This document shows, in pieces, positions 37,829 to 47,254 of a stretch of DNA of 64,000 bases. Source of the stretch: an uncultured delta proteobacterium (lineage in GTDB: Bacteria > Desulfobacterota > Binatia > Binatales > Binataceae); contig CAVRVY010000003.1 of assembly GCA_963724765.1 (NCBI GenBank), positions 512,001 through 576,000 on the forward strand. Direction: 5' to 3'. The translations under genes were made by a program, and so were the position numbers. Below the pieces are notes generated by a model. The model saw only the letters and a program-made list of their open reading frames with translations. It was not told where the DNA came from and did no database searches. Position 1 is the stretch's first letter. Each line of letters starts with the position of its first letter.

Positions 37829-38620
37829 ATGGCGTCTGCCAAGATGTTCGAGAAGATGTTCGATCTGAGCGGCAAGGTGTCCATAGTCACCGGAGGCAAC
37901 CGCGGGATCGGGCGCGGACTCGCGCTGGGGCTGGCGGAGGCCGGGGCCGCGGTCGCAATCCTCGCCCGCGACGAGCAAAAGAGCCAGGACACGCTCAATG
38001 AACTGCTGGCGCTCGGCGTCCCCGCAATGGCGCTGCGCGTCGACCTCAAGCAGCGCCGCGAGCTCAAGCCCGCCTTCGACGAGGTCGAACGCAAGCTCGG
38101 ACCAGTCGATATCATGGTCAACAACGCCGCCTACGCGACGCTCACCAGCGTGGTCGATACCTCCGAGGAGGACTGGGACGGCGTGCTGGCGGTCAACCTC
38201 AACGCCGCGTTCCTGTTCTGCAAGTACGCCGCGCAATCGATGATCAAGCGCACCAAGGGCGGCAAGATAATCAACGTCACCAGCCTCGCCTCCGCCTTCG
38301 GCAGCGGAGTCTTTCCGTCCTACGCGGTCACCAAGGGCGGGCTCGCACAGCTCACCCGCTCGCTCGCGATCGAGCTTGCACCGCACAATATCCAGGTCAA
38401 CGCGCTGGCGCCCGGATGGGTCTCGACCGACATGACCGAATGGCTCCGCAGCGGCCCCGAGTACGAGTGGCTACTCAAGGAAATGATTCAGCGCACGCCG
38501 CGCGGGCGTTTCGCCGAAGCCGAAGAGCTAAAGGGCGCGATGATCTTTCTGGCCTCTGCGGCCTCCGACAACATGACCGGCGCCGATTTTCTGATCGACG
38601 GCGGGTTCTCGATTCGCTGA
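37829..38620 (+). CDS. SDR oxidoreductase (KduD/gluconate 5-dehydrogenase-like)
   Basis: TGGNRGIG, NNAA, YAVTKGG, IQVNALAPGW. Confidence 0.9.
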   Translation: MASAKMFEKMFDLSGKVSIVTGGNRGIGRGLALGLAEAGAAVAILARDEQKSQDTLNELLALGVPAMALRVDLKQRRELKPAFDEVERKLGPVDIMVNNAAYATLTSVVDTSEEDWDGVLAVNLNAAFLFCKYAAQSMIKRTKGGKIINVTSLASAFGSGVFPSYAVTKGGLAQLTRSLAIELAPHNIQVNALAPGWVSTDMTEWLRSGPEYEWLLKEMIQRTPRGRFAEAEELKGAMIFLASAASDNMTGADFLIDGGFSIR

Positions 38621-38666
38621 CGCGGGCCCGCGCGCCAACGCGCGAGCGGCCTGGGGAGATGCGGTT

Positions 38667-39431
38667 ATGACGGCGCCTGAGATGTTCAACCTTGACGGCC
38701 GGGTCGCGATCGTCACCGGCGGCAACGGCGGAATCGGCCGCGGGATCGCCTTGGGGCTGGCGGCGGCCGGCGCGGCTGTCGCGGTGCTCGCGCGCAATGA
38801 GGAAAAGAACGAAGCGGTGCTCGGCGAGTTGCGCGCGCTAAGCTCCGCGTCGATCGCGCTCAGGCTCGACGTGACCGACCGCGCCGCGCTCGCGCCCGCG
38901 ATGGCGGAGGCCGAGCGCAAGCTCGGCCCGGTCGATATCCTGGTCAACAACGCGGGTATCGCGCTTCCCGGCGGCGTGCTCAAGGTTGATGCCGCGACCT
39001 GGGACCGCGTGATCGAAACCAACCTGAACTCGGGCTTCCTGCTCTCGCAGATCGCGGCGCGCTCGATGGCGACGCGCAAGCACGGCAAAATCATCAACAT
39101 CGGCAGCGAGTATTCGCACTTCGGCAATCCGATCGCGCCGTCGTATGCGGCCTCCAAGGGCGGGCTCATCCAACTGACCAAATCGATGGCGGTCGAGCTG
39201 GCGGCGCATAACATCCAGGTCAACGCGATCGTGCCGGGATGGATCGAAAGCGAGATGACCGCGCCGATCAAAGGACGCTCGTTTTACGACGACATCATCA
39301 GGCGTACGCCGGCCGGCCGTTTCGGCACGCCCGAGGAGTGCGCGGGCGCGGCAGTGTTTCTCGCCTCGCACGCCTCCGACTTCGTAACCGGCGCGACCAT
39401 CGTCGTCGACGGCGGCTACGCGATTCGCTGA
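38667..39431 (+). CDS. SDR oxidoreductase (tandem paralogue)
   Basis: TGGNGGIG, NNAG, YAASKGG, IQVNAIVPGW, DFVTG...VDGG. Confidence 0.9.
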   Translation: MTAPEMFNLDGRVAIVTGGNGGIGRGIALGLAAAGAAVAVLARNEEKNEAVLGELRALSSASIALRLDVTDRAALAPAMAEAERKLGPVDILVNNAGIALPGGVLKVDAATWDRVIETNLNSGFLLSQIAARSMATRKHGKIINIGSEYSHFGNPIAPSYAASKGGLIQLTKSMAVELAAHNIQVNAIVPGWIESEMTAPIKGRSFYDDIIRRTPAGRFGTPEECAGAAVFLASHASDFVTGATIVVDGGYAIR

Positions 39432-39434
39432 CCC

Positions 39435-40538
39435 ATGACGACGATCTATCGCGCGGAGGTGATCGGTTCGATGCTGCGGCCGGGATGGCTCAAGCAGGCG
39501 CGGACCGACTTCGCCGCCGACCGCATCTCGACCGCCCAGTTCAAGCGGGTCGAGGACCGCGCAGTCGACGAGGCGATCGCGCTCCAGGAGCGCTGTGGCG
39601 TCGACATCGTGAGCGACGGCGAAATGCGCCGCTCGGGCTTCGTCGCGCCGCTCACCGATTACGTCGAAGGCTTCGAGGCGGTCGCGTTCGACACGCGGCG
39701 ATGGCAGGGCGGCGGCGGGATAGGCGGCGAAACCAATCTCGCGGTGCCGCTCACTGTGACTGGCAAGCTCCGCCGGCGGCGCTCGCTGGCGGCCGAGGAA
39801 TTCATCTACGCGCGCGCCCGCGCGAAACTCCCGCTCAAGGCGACGCTGCCGAGCCCACTGATGCTCGCGATGCGCTGGTCGCCGGAACATTCGGCGGCGG
39901 CCTATCCCGAGCCGTTCACGCTTTTCGCCGACGCCGTCGATATTTTGCGCGCCGAGGTCGCCGAGTTGGCGAGCCTCGGGTGCGAATATATTCAGGTCGA
40001 CGCGCCGGAACTGGCCACGCTGGTCGATCCGTCGACGCGCGAGCGCGTTTTCGAGGCGCATGGCATTTCGACCACGCGGATGCTCGGCGAGGGCGTCGAG
40101 ATGCTCAACGCGCTCGCGGACGCGTCCGGCGTCACCTTCGGATTGCATCTGTGCCGTGGCAACAACGCCGGTCATTGGCTGAGTACGGGCGGCTATGAAG
40201 CGATCTCGAAGGAGGTCTTCGCGCACGCCACGCGCTACGACATTTTCCTGCTCGAATACGACAGCCCGCGCGCGGGTTCATTCGAGCCGCTCGCCGACGT
40301 TGCGCGCGACAAGCGCGTGGTGCTGGGGCTGGTGTCGACCAAGAGCGACGTGCTCGAGACGCCGGCGGCGCTGATCGCGCGAATCGACGAAGCCGCGGGC
40401 TATTTTCCACGCGAGCAGATGGCGCTCTCGACGCAGTGCGGCTTCGCCTCGGTGCTCGCGGGCAATCCGATCGCCGAAGCGACGCAGGAGAAAAAGCTGC
40501 GGTTGGTGGCCGAGGCCGCGCATCTGGTTTGGAGCTGA
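39435..40538 (+). CDS. Cobalamin-independent methionine synthase II family protein
   Basis: RAEVIGSMLRP, DGEMRR, YIQVDAPE, HLCRGN, LEYD..RAG.FEPL, STQCGFAS. Confidence 0.88.
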   Translation: MTTIYRAEVIGSMLRPGWLKQARTDFAADRISTAQFKRVEDRAVDEAIALQERCGVDIVSDGEMRRSGFVAPLTDYVEGFEAVAFDTRRWQGGGGIGGETNLAVPLTVTGKLRRRRSLAAEEFIYARARAKLPLKATLPSPLMLAMRWSPEHSAAAYPEPFTLFADAVDILRAEVAELASLGCEYIQVDAPELATLVDPSTRERVFEAHGISTTRMLGEGVEMLNALADASGVTFGLHLCRGNNAGHWLSTGGYEAISKEVFAHATRYDIFLLEYDSPRAGSFEPLADVARDKRVVLGLVSTKSDVLETPAALIARIDEAAGYFPREQMALSTQCGFASVLAGNPIAEATQEKKLRLVAEAAHLVWS

Positions 40539-40710
40539 CCCCCCCTCGCGGCGGTTTTGATACGGCGCATCTGACTTAACCTCCTCCCCCGTGTTTTTGG
40601 GGAGGGAATTAAAAGTCGATTCGCACGTAAAAACGGCGGGCGGGCGGCCTTTAACAGCAGGCACGTAACCGCGTATCATCCCGCATCATGTCGAGATCGT
40701 GGGCGACATC

Positions 40711-42354
40711 ATGAAGCGCATGGGCTGTATCGCGCAGCGCGCTGTCACCAGCCGCGATCGCAAAGCTTCGCGCGCCGCCGACCCCGCCACCGGCGGGCGA
40801 GTCGAGCTTCCGTCGCTCAAGCCGCTGCGCGTGCTGGTCGCCGGCGAAGTAATCCTCGACCGCTACATCATGGGCGACGTCGCGCGCATCTCGCCCGAAG
40901 CGCCGATTCCGATCCTGCAAGTCAAGCGGATCGAGGAGCGGCCGGGCAATGCGGGTTTCGTGATGGCAAACCTGCGCGCGCTGGGAGCGCGAGTGAGCGC
41001 GCTCAGCGTGGTCGGCGCCGATCGCAACGGTGCTTTGCTGCGCGAGATGTTCAGCGACCTCGGGATCGAGACGCGCTCAGTGCTGGTCGACCCCGATCGC
41101 CCGACGATCGTCAAGGAGCGGATGCTGGGGTCGGTGCAATCGGCCAACCGTGCCACCCAGCAGCTTCTGCGCGTCGACCAGGAAGCTCCGCATCCGCTCA
41201 GCCCGGCCAAAGAGCGCGCGCTCACGCGCCATCTCGAGCGCGAGCTGGCGCGGGTCGACGGCGTGCTCATCTCGGACATCAACAAGGGCCTGCTGACGCC
41301 GGGGCTCCTGCGCCGGCTTATCGACGGCGCGCGCCGCCGCAAGGTCCCGGTCATCGTCGATCCGCGCCTGAGCGAGGATTTCTCAATCTATAGCGGCGCG
41401 ACCGCGCTCACACCCAATCGTTACGAGACCGAGTTCGCCACTGGCACCCGCCTGGTCGACCGCGACGCGTGGATGCGCGCGGCGGATGAGCTGATGCGCC
41501 GGCTGAAACTCGACGCCTGCCTGGTGACTCTCGACCGCGACGGCATGTATCTTAGCGAGCGCCGCGGCCCGCATACTTATATCGCGACCACGCCGCGCGC
41601 GGTCTACGACGTGACCGGCGCGGGCGACGTGGTGCTGGCGGTGTTCGGCCTGTTTACGATCGCGGGGCTGAGTTTTGCCTCGGCGGCGCGGCTGGCGAAT
41701 CTCGCCGCGGGGATCGAGGTCAGCCGGCTCGGCACCGAGATAATCTCGCGCGAGGACCTCGCGCGCGCTCTCAACCCCGGACCCGAGAGCGCGCAGCGCA
41801 AGATCGTCGCGGTCGAGGAACTGCGCCCGGCGCTCGAGCGCCATCGTAACGCGGGCCGGCGAGTGGTCTTCACCAACGGATGCTTCGACCTGCTGCACGC
41901 CGGACATATCGAGATGCTCTCGTTCGCGCGCGCGCAGGGCGATGCGCTGGTGGTGGGAGTCAACAGTGACCGCAGCGTGCGCCTCATCAAGGGCGATAGC
42001 CGCCCGATCTATCCGGCCGTCGAGCGGGCGCTGATTCTGGCCGCGCTCGAGGTGGTCGATTACGTAGTGGTGTTCGACGAGACGCGCGCCGAGCGTATCG
42101 TCCGCGCCGTCCACCCCGACGTGCTGGTTAAGGGCGAAGACTGGCGCGACAAAACCGTCGATGGGCAGATCTTCGTGGAATCCTACGGCGGACGCGTCGC
42201 GCTTGCGCCGTTGTTGCCCGGTTACGGTACGACCCTGACCGTCGAGCGCCTGCGCGCCACCCCGGCTCGCGGCGCCGCCGCCGAGTCAGCGCTTAAGGGC
42301 GCGAAAGCCAAACCGCGCGGCAAGAAAGCTCATCGCGCGCTCAAGCTCCGGTAG
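40711..42354 (+). CDS. hldE: Bifunctional heptose-7-phosphate kinase / heptose-1-phosphate adenylyltransferase
   Basis: RISPEAPIP, TPN..E, YDVTGAGD, FTNGCFDLLHAGH, NSDRSV..IKG..RP. Confidence 0.9.
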   Translation: MKRMGCIAQRAVTSRDRKASRAADPATGGRVELPSLKPLRVLVAGEVILDRYIMGDVARISPEAPIPILQVKRIEERPGNAGFVMANLRALGARVSALSVVGADRNGALLREMFSDLGIETRSVLVDPDRPTIVKERMLGSVQSANRATQQLLRVDQEAPHPLSPAKERALTRHLERELARVDGVLISDINKGLLTPGLLRRLIDGARRRKVPVIVDPRLSEDFSIYSGATALTPNRYETEFATGTRLVDRDAWMRAADELMRRLKLDACLVTLDRDGMYLSERRGPHTYIATTPRAVYDVTGAGDVVLAVFGLFTIAGLSFASAARLANLAAGIEVSRLGTEIISREDLARALNPGPESAQRKIVAVEELRPALERHRNAGRRVVFTNGCFDLLHAGHIEMLSFARAQGDALVVGVNSDRSVRLIKGDSRPIYPAVERALILAALEVVDYVVVFDETRAERIVRAVHPDVLVKGEDWRDKTVDGQIFVESYGGRVALAPLLPGYGTTLTVERLRATPARGAAAESALKGAKAKPRGKKAHRALKLR

Positions 42355-43968
42355 CCGCATCCACCACGCAATCCCCAGATAGACCGCGCCGTAAGTGGGC
42401 AGCACCGCGAGCGCCATCAGCCGCGGTCCGGCATGCCCCATGCCAAGCTTCACCGCCCATCCGGCCGCGCTCGCGACCAGCGCGATCGCCCACAGCCGCG
42501 CCACGAGCCCGCGTCCCAGCCCCGTGTGACCGATTCTCGAATTGAGTTTCCATCGCAACAGCGCGAATTCGACCCACGCGGCAATTCCGGCCGAGGCGGT
42601 CAGACCCGCCACGCCCCAGCGCTGGGCGATTCCGATCGCGGGCGGCAGCGGAATCGCGCACAGGTATCCGAATCCCAGCGTCAGGGTGAAGCGGACGAGC
42701 GCGAACTTAAGCGGCGTGCGCGTATCCTCAAGCGCGTAGAAGGCCGAGTTGTACAGCCGGCCCATCGTCGCCGCCAGCATCCCCACCGCCGACCCGGCCA
42801 GCACCGCCCATACGTACACCGCGTCGCGATGGGTGAAGCTGCCGGACTGAAAGATCAGCGCCGAGACCACGTCGCCGAGAAACAGAAACGCCGCCGCCGA
42901 GGGCACGACCAGAAAAGCGATCTGCCGCAGGCCCGCGTCCAGGCGCAGCCGCAAAAGCTGCGATACTTCCTCGAAGGTGCCGGCCGCGCGCGACATGCTC
43001 GGCAATTCGGCCGCCGCGACCGACATCCCGAACAGGCTTATCGGCAGCAGGTACAGGATGCTCGCGTAGCTGAGCGCCGAGACCGCGCCGGTGGGTAGCA
43101 GGCTCGCGAGCAGGTTGTCGACGTAGCCGGAAATCTGGCTCGCGCCGCGCCCGGCGACGACCGGGGTGAGATTGCGAAAGACCGTGCTCAGAGCCGTGCG
43201 CGTGCGTGCAAAATCGATCCGTAGGCGGCCGACCAGCGCCAGGGTTTGCGGCGCCTGCACCGCTATCTGCAGGAACGCGCCAACGACCGCGCTCCACGCG
43301 AGGTCGATCGCCAACGCATCCTGCGAACGGCGGGGCCCGTAGTAGATAAGCGCGGCGATGATCGCGAGATTCCATGCGACCGGCGCGGTATAGGAAGCGA
43401 AGAAGCGATGATGGCTGTTGAGCACGCCGAGACACCAGGCCGATAACACCAGCAGTCCCGCGCCGGGGAACAGGATGCGCACCAGCGTGACCGTGAGCTC
43501 GCGCTTGGCGCCGGTGAATCCCGGAGCGATCACTGCGATCAGCCACGGCGTGGCCCACACTCCCAGCGCGACCAGGATCGCAACCCCGAGCGCGAGCAGC
43601 GTGCCCACGCCCCACGCCAGAGTCTCGGCCGTCTCTGCGTCGCCCTCGCTTAAGAGCTTGCTGTAGACCGGGATGAAGGAGGCCGAGAGCACGCCCTCGC
43701 CGAAGAGGTTTTGCAGGATATTGGGAATGCGGATGCCGGCCTTGAAGGCGTCGGCGGCGTCGGAGTTGCCGAGATAGTGCGCGAAGACGCTTTCGCGGAC
43801 GAGGCCGGCGATACGGCTCAGCAGGATACCGGCCGCGACCAGCCATGCGAGGTTGGGGCCCAGGCGCGCGGCGAGAAGCCGGCCGGCGGCGGAATCCGCG
43901 GGCGCGGCGGCATGCGGTCCTGGCGCCGCTGGCTGATTGTGCGAGCCGGTTACGATGTTGAAGCGCAC
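42286..43968 (-). CDS. murJ: Lipid II flippase MurJ/MviN (start uncertain)
   Basis: SRIAGLVRE, DAF....RIPN..QNLFGEG.LSASFIPV, LPISLFG, FYALEDTRTP; about 14 TM helices. Confidence 0.92.
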   Translation of the reverse strand: MRFNIVTGSHNQPAAPGPHAAAPADSAAGRLLAARLGPNLAWLVAAGILLSRIAGLVRESVFAHYLGNSDAADAFKAGIRIPNILQNLFGEGVLSASFIPVYSKLLSEGDAETAETLAWGVGTLLALGVAILVALGVWATPWLIAVIAPGFTGAKRELTVTLVRILFPGAGLLVLSAWCLGVLNSHHRFFASYTAPVAWNLAIIAALIYYGPRRSQDALAIDLAWSAVVGAFLQIAVQAPQTLALVGRLRIDFARTRTALSTVFRNLTPVVAGRGASQISGYVDNLLASLLPTGAVSALSYASILYLLPISLFGMSVAAAELPSMSRAAGTFEEVSQLLRLRLDAGLRQIAFLVVPSAAAFLFLGDVVSALIFQSGSFTHRDAVYVWAVLAGSAVGMLAATMGRLYNSAFYALEDTRTPLKFALVRFTLTLGFGYLCAIPLPPAIGIAQRWGVAGLTASAGIAAWVEFALLRWKLNSRIGHTGLGRGLVARLWAIALVASAAGWAVKLGMGHAGPRLMALAVLPTYGAVYLGIAWWMRLPELERAMSFLAARFGFRALKR

Positions 43969-44231
43969 TCCTTTGGGGCGTCGCGCTAGAGTATAGCGGC
44001 GCGCCGCGACGGCTTGTAGGCGGTACCTCCACAATCGAGCGCACCGGGCGACGCCGCATCGACGCCACCGCGCGCGCGCTCGCTTGTGCCGACCGGCGGG
44101 CGTGTCTAAGCTCCTGAATTCGGCGCGGCCAACAGCGCGCAAGGGAGGGCAAGCCCACGTTCGCGGTCAGCAATACGGCATCACCGGACCGTTTCGATAT
44201 CGAGCAATGGATCAACCTCGAGGCGATCCAG

Positions 44232-44552
44232 TTGCTCGTCCATCACGCGAGCGCCGTGATCGCCGCGATCGTTATCTTCGCGCTGGTCGCGCGGCTCGCA
44301 ATCTGGCTGCTGCCGCACGGCTTGGTCCGCAAGGTCGTGGTGGTCATCGACGACGTCGTTTTGATCGGGCTGCTGCTGTATTTCGGCTACGAGATGCTTG
44401 TCTACCTCTGGAACCGGCGGCCGCCGCTGCAGCGCAACTCCGCGATCGGAGCCGCTCTCGCCACCGTCGAGGCTTACCTGCCGCCCCCGATCGCGAAGCC
44501 TTTGGGCGAGGTCGCATACGCGCTCGTGCGGCTTATCGCCGTCCCGTGGTAA
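44232..44552 (+). CDS. Hypothetical small membrane protein (start uncertain)
   Basis: Two to three hydrophobic segments; co-oriented upstream of hemW. Confidence 0.55.
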   Translation: MLVHHASAVIAAIVIFALVARLAIWLLPHGLVRKVVVVIDDVVLIGLLLYFGYEMLVYLWNRRPPLQRNSAIGAALATVEAYLPPPIAKPLGEVAYALVRLIAVPW

Positions 44553-44600
44553 CCGGCGCCTCGCGGGCATAAGCTTTAAGCAAGGCCGGGGCGGCCCGCG

Positions 44601-45788
44601 ATGCTCACCGGGAACGACAATAGCCACGGGGCGAAGGCCTTTTCGCTCTACCTGCACATCCCATACTGTCAATCCAAATGCCCGTATTGTGATTTCAACT
44701 CGCATGCCGTGGCGAGCTGGCCTGAGGACGATTATGTTCGCGCGCTCGTAGCAGAGATCGAGCGCCGCGCCGGCGAAGATCCGTGGGCGCGACGGCGGCT
44801 CAAGACGATCTTCTTTGGCGGCGGCACGCCGTCGCTGTTTCGGCCCGAGTCGATCGCTGCAGTCCTGGCCGCAGCCGAGCGCAACTTCGGCCTCGAGCGC
44901 GGCGCCGAGGTCACGCTGGAGGCTAATCCTGGGACGATCGACGCGGCCAAGCTTGGCGGGATGCGCGCGGCCGGGATCAATCGAATCAGCTTCGGCGCGC
45001 AATCGTTCAACGATGAGCGGCTTAAGTTTCTCGGCCGTATCCACGGCGCGGCGGAGACTCGCGAGGCTGCCCGTCTCGCGCATCGCGCGGGCTTCGAGCG
45101 CCTCAACCTCGACCTCATCTTCGCGGTCCCCGGGCAGAGCGTCGATGAAACGCTCAACGACATCGCGGAGGCCGCCGCGCTCGGTCCCGATCATATCTCG
45201 GCCTACAACTTGACCTTCGAGGAAGGCACCGCGTTCTTCACCGAGATGAAGCGCGGACGAATCCGGCCGATCGACTCCGACCGGCAGGCCGAGTTCTACG
45301 CTGCGGTGCGCGAGGAACTGCCGCGGCGCGGCTATAAGATGTACGAGATTTCCAATTACGCGCCGCCCGGCCACGAGGCCCGGCATAATCTGAGTTATTG
45401 GCGGCTGGAGAGTTACCTGGGCCTCGGCGCTGGAGCGCATAGCTTCGCGCGCGAGGACAGTGGCGGCGGCGGCCGGCGATGGTGGAACGAGCGCATGCCC
45501 GCTCGCTACGTCGAGCAGGCGCTTAAGGGCGGCCTTGCGGAGGCGGGCGGCGAGACGGTTGACGCCACAAGCGCGCGGGGCGAGTTCGTGTTTTTGAATT
45601 TGCGGCTGCGCGACGGATTTGCGCTCGCCGATTTCGAGACGCGCTTCGGCGAGAGCTTTGACTGCGTGTTTGGCGCGCGCGCCGCGCGGCTCTTCGAGGG
45701 CGATCTACTGGTTCGCGACGACGGCCGGATTTATCTGAGCGAGCGCGGCCTGGAACTCGCCGATTCGGTCTTCGCTGAGTTCATCTAG
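44601..45788 (+). CDS. hemW: Radical SAM heme chaperone HemW (HemN-like)
   Basis: LYLHIPYCQSKCPYCDFN, GGGTPS, EANP, YEISN, HNLSYW. Confidence 0.9.
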   Translation: MLTGNDNSHGAKAFSLYLHIPYCQSKCPYCDFNSHAVASWPEDDYVRALVAEIERRAGEDPWARRRLKTIFFGGGTPSLFRPESIAAVLAAAERNFGLERGAEVTLEANPGTIDAAKLGGMRAAGINRISFGAQSFNDERLKFLGRIHGAAETREAARLAHRAGFERLNLDLIFAVPGQSVDETLNDIAEAAALGPDHISAYNLTFEEGTAFFTEMKRGRIRPIDSDRQAEFYAAVREELPRRGYKMYEISNYAPPGHEARHNLSYWRLESYLGLGAGAHSFAREDSGGGGRRWWNERMPARYVEQALKGGLAEAGGETVDATSARGEFVFLNLRLRDGFALADFETRFGESFDCVFGARAARLFEGDLLVRDDGRIYLSERGLELADSVFAEFI

Positions 45789-45953
45789 CGGATTTCGATC
45801 CTCAGATTCGCCATCGCTTACCTGCTCCGTCGGCGCGGTTCAGAACTATCAGTGGATTCGTGAGCGCACGGGGCTTGCTCCATCGGTGCGGGTGCGCTAC
45901 CTGAGTTCCCACACCTACCCGTATTAATTTCGCCGTCGTGCCCGAGGCCAAGC

Positions 45954-47168
45954 TTGGCGCCGAATAACGATATCGAGGATCAGTTCTCAAGCGCGGTAAA
46001 ATCCGCGCTCGACTCGCCAGTACGGGTCGCCCCGCCTTCCGAGGCGGTCGCCTTACCGGCGCAGGCGGACCGCCCGAGGAGGCGCATCCGCGCATGGGGC
46101 CGCGCTCTGCTAGGTCTGGCCTTAGCTGCGATAGCGGCAGTCGTCGTTGTTACGGTCCTGCACGTACGACGCGGTAGCGTGGCGCCGCCCCCAGCCGCCG
46201 AGATAGCTGCCGCGGCAGCGGAACCGACGCCGGCTGCAACAACGGCCGCAACACCAGCGGCGACCCCGGCGGTCAGCGCCTCGACGGCTCCCACGACGAC
46301 CGGCTCATCAGCGGCCATCCCCTCCGGCGCATCTTCTGCCACGGCGGCCAGCGTATCGCCCGCCGCCGAAGAATCAACGGCTGCCATGCCTGCGGTGACG
46401 GTCCAGGGATCCGGTACACCGGCTTCAACGTTGAGTATTAACAACGAACTGCAACAACCCCTCACCACGCCCTCCGCTCCGCCGCGCCACGCGCAAGTCT
46501 CACGCACGCGCGGGACCGCGAGTGGGTCAAGGAGGTCTTCCACATCAGCTCAAACGCGCCATCGGGCAACAGCGGAAGCGCTCGCTTCTGCCCGCGGCTT
46601 ACAATCCGGCTTGCCAAACCGATCTGCAAAAGCGCAAACCGCGCGGGCAAGCGGGAGCTCTCCGATTGGCGATGCCGAAAAGCAGGCGTCAGCCCGCAAG
46701 CCGTCGCCCGCAAGCCCGGTCTCTGAATCGCGGATTCCTGCGATCGCTGCCGTCGCTCCAGCGACTCGAACGACCGCTGAAAGCGCGAACGCGCCCGCTG
46801 CTTCAACCTTACCGGCGCGATCCGTGCTGGTTTCATCGCCGGACCACTCGGTGTACTGGGCGCTCGAAGACTCCGGGACGATTTTCCGCTCGACTGACCA
46901 AATGAGCTGGCAGCAACAAGGTAGCGGCGTGCGATTCGATTTGTTGGCCGGCCAGGCGCCATCAAACACGGTCTGCTGGGCGGTCGGACGTCACGGCACG
47001 ATCTTGCTCACGACCGACGGCAAGCGATGGCAGCGAATAAAATCGCCGACCAATGCCGACATCGTTGGCGTGTCGGCCCTCAGCGCCGATGTCGCTGACA
47101 TCGTTGTTGCTGACGGTTCACACCTTAGCACTATCGACCGGGGCAGCTATTGGATGCCGACCATCTGA
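45954..47168 (+). CDS. Single-pass membrane protein with an A/S/T/P-rich linker and a C-terminal Ycf48/BNR-like beta-propeller fragment
   Basis: TM ALLGLALAAIAAVVVVTV; GTIFRSTD..SW, WAVGRHGTILLTTDGKRW. Confidence 0.65.
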   Translation: MAPNNDIEDQFSSAVKSALDSPVRVAPPSEAVALPAQADRPRRRIRAWGRALLGLALAAIAAVVVVTVLHVRRGSVAPPPAAEIAAAAAEPTPAATTAATPAATPAVSASTAPTTTGSSAAIPSGASSATAASVSPAAEESTAAMPAVTVQGSGTPASTLSINNELQQPLTTPSAPPRHAQVSRTRGTASGSRRSSTSAQTRHRATAEALASARGLQSGLPNRSAKAQTARASGSSPIGDAEKQASARKPSPASPVSESRIPAIAAVAPATRTTAESANAPAASTLPARSVLVSSPDHSVYWALEDSGTIFRSTDQMSWQQQGSGVRFDLLAGQAPSNTVCWAVGRHGTILLTTDGKRWQRIKSPTNADIVGVSALSADVADIVVADGSHLSTIDRGSYWMPTI

Positions 47169-47254
47169 GCGAGCCCGGCCTTGGAACTCGCCGACTCGAT
47201 GTTCTCCGAACTCAATCCAGCGAGCGGCCAACCCATGCCGAGCGAAAGTCGTAG

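Noticed and set aside
42286-42354. 69-bp convergent overlap of the hldE and murJ 3' ends
   Set aside because: The tails are low-complexity and look non-conserved; such overlaps are common in GC-rich genomes.
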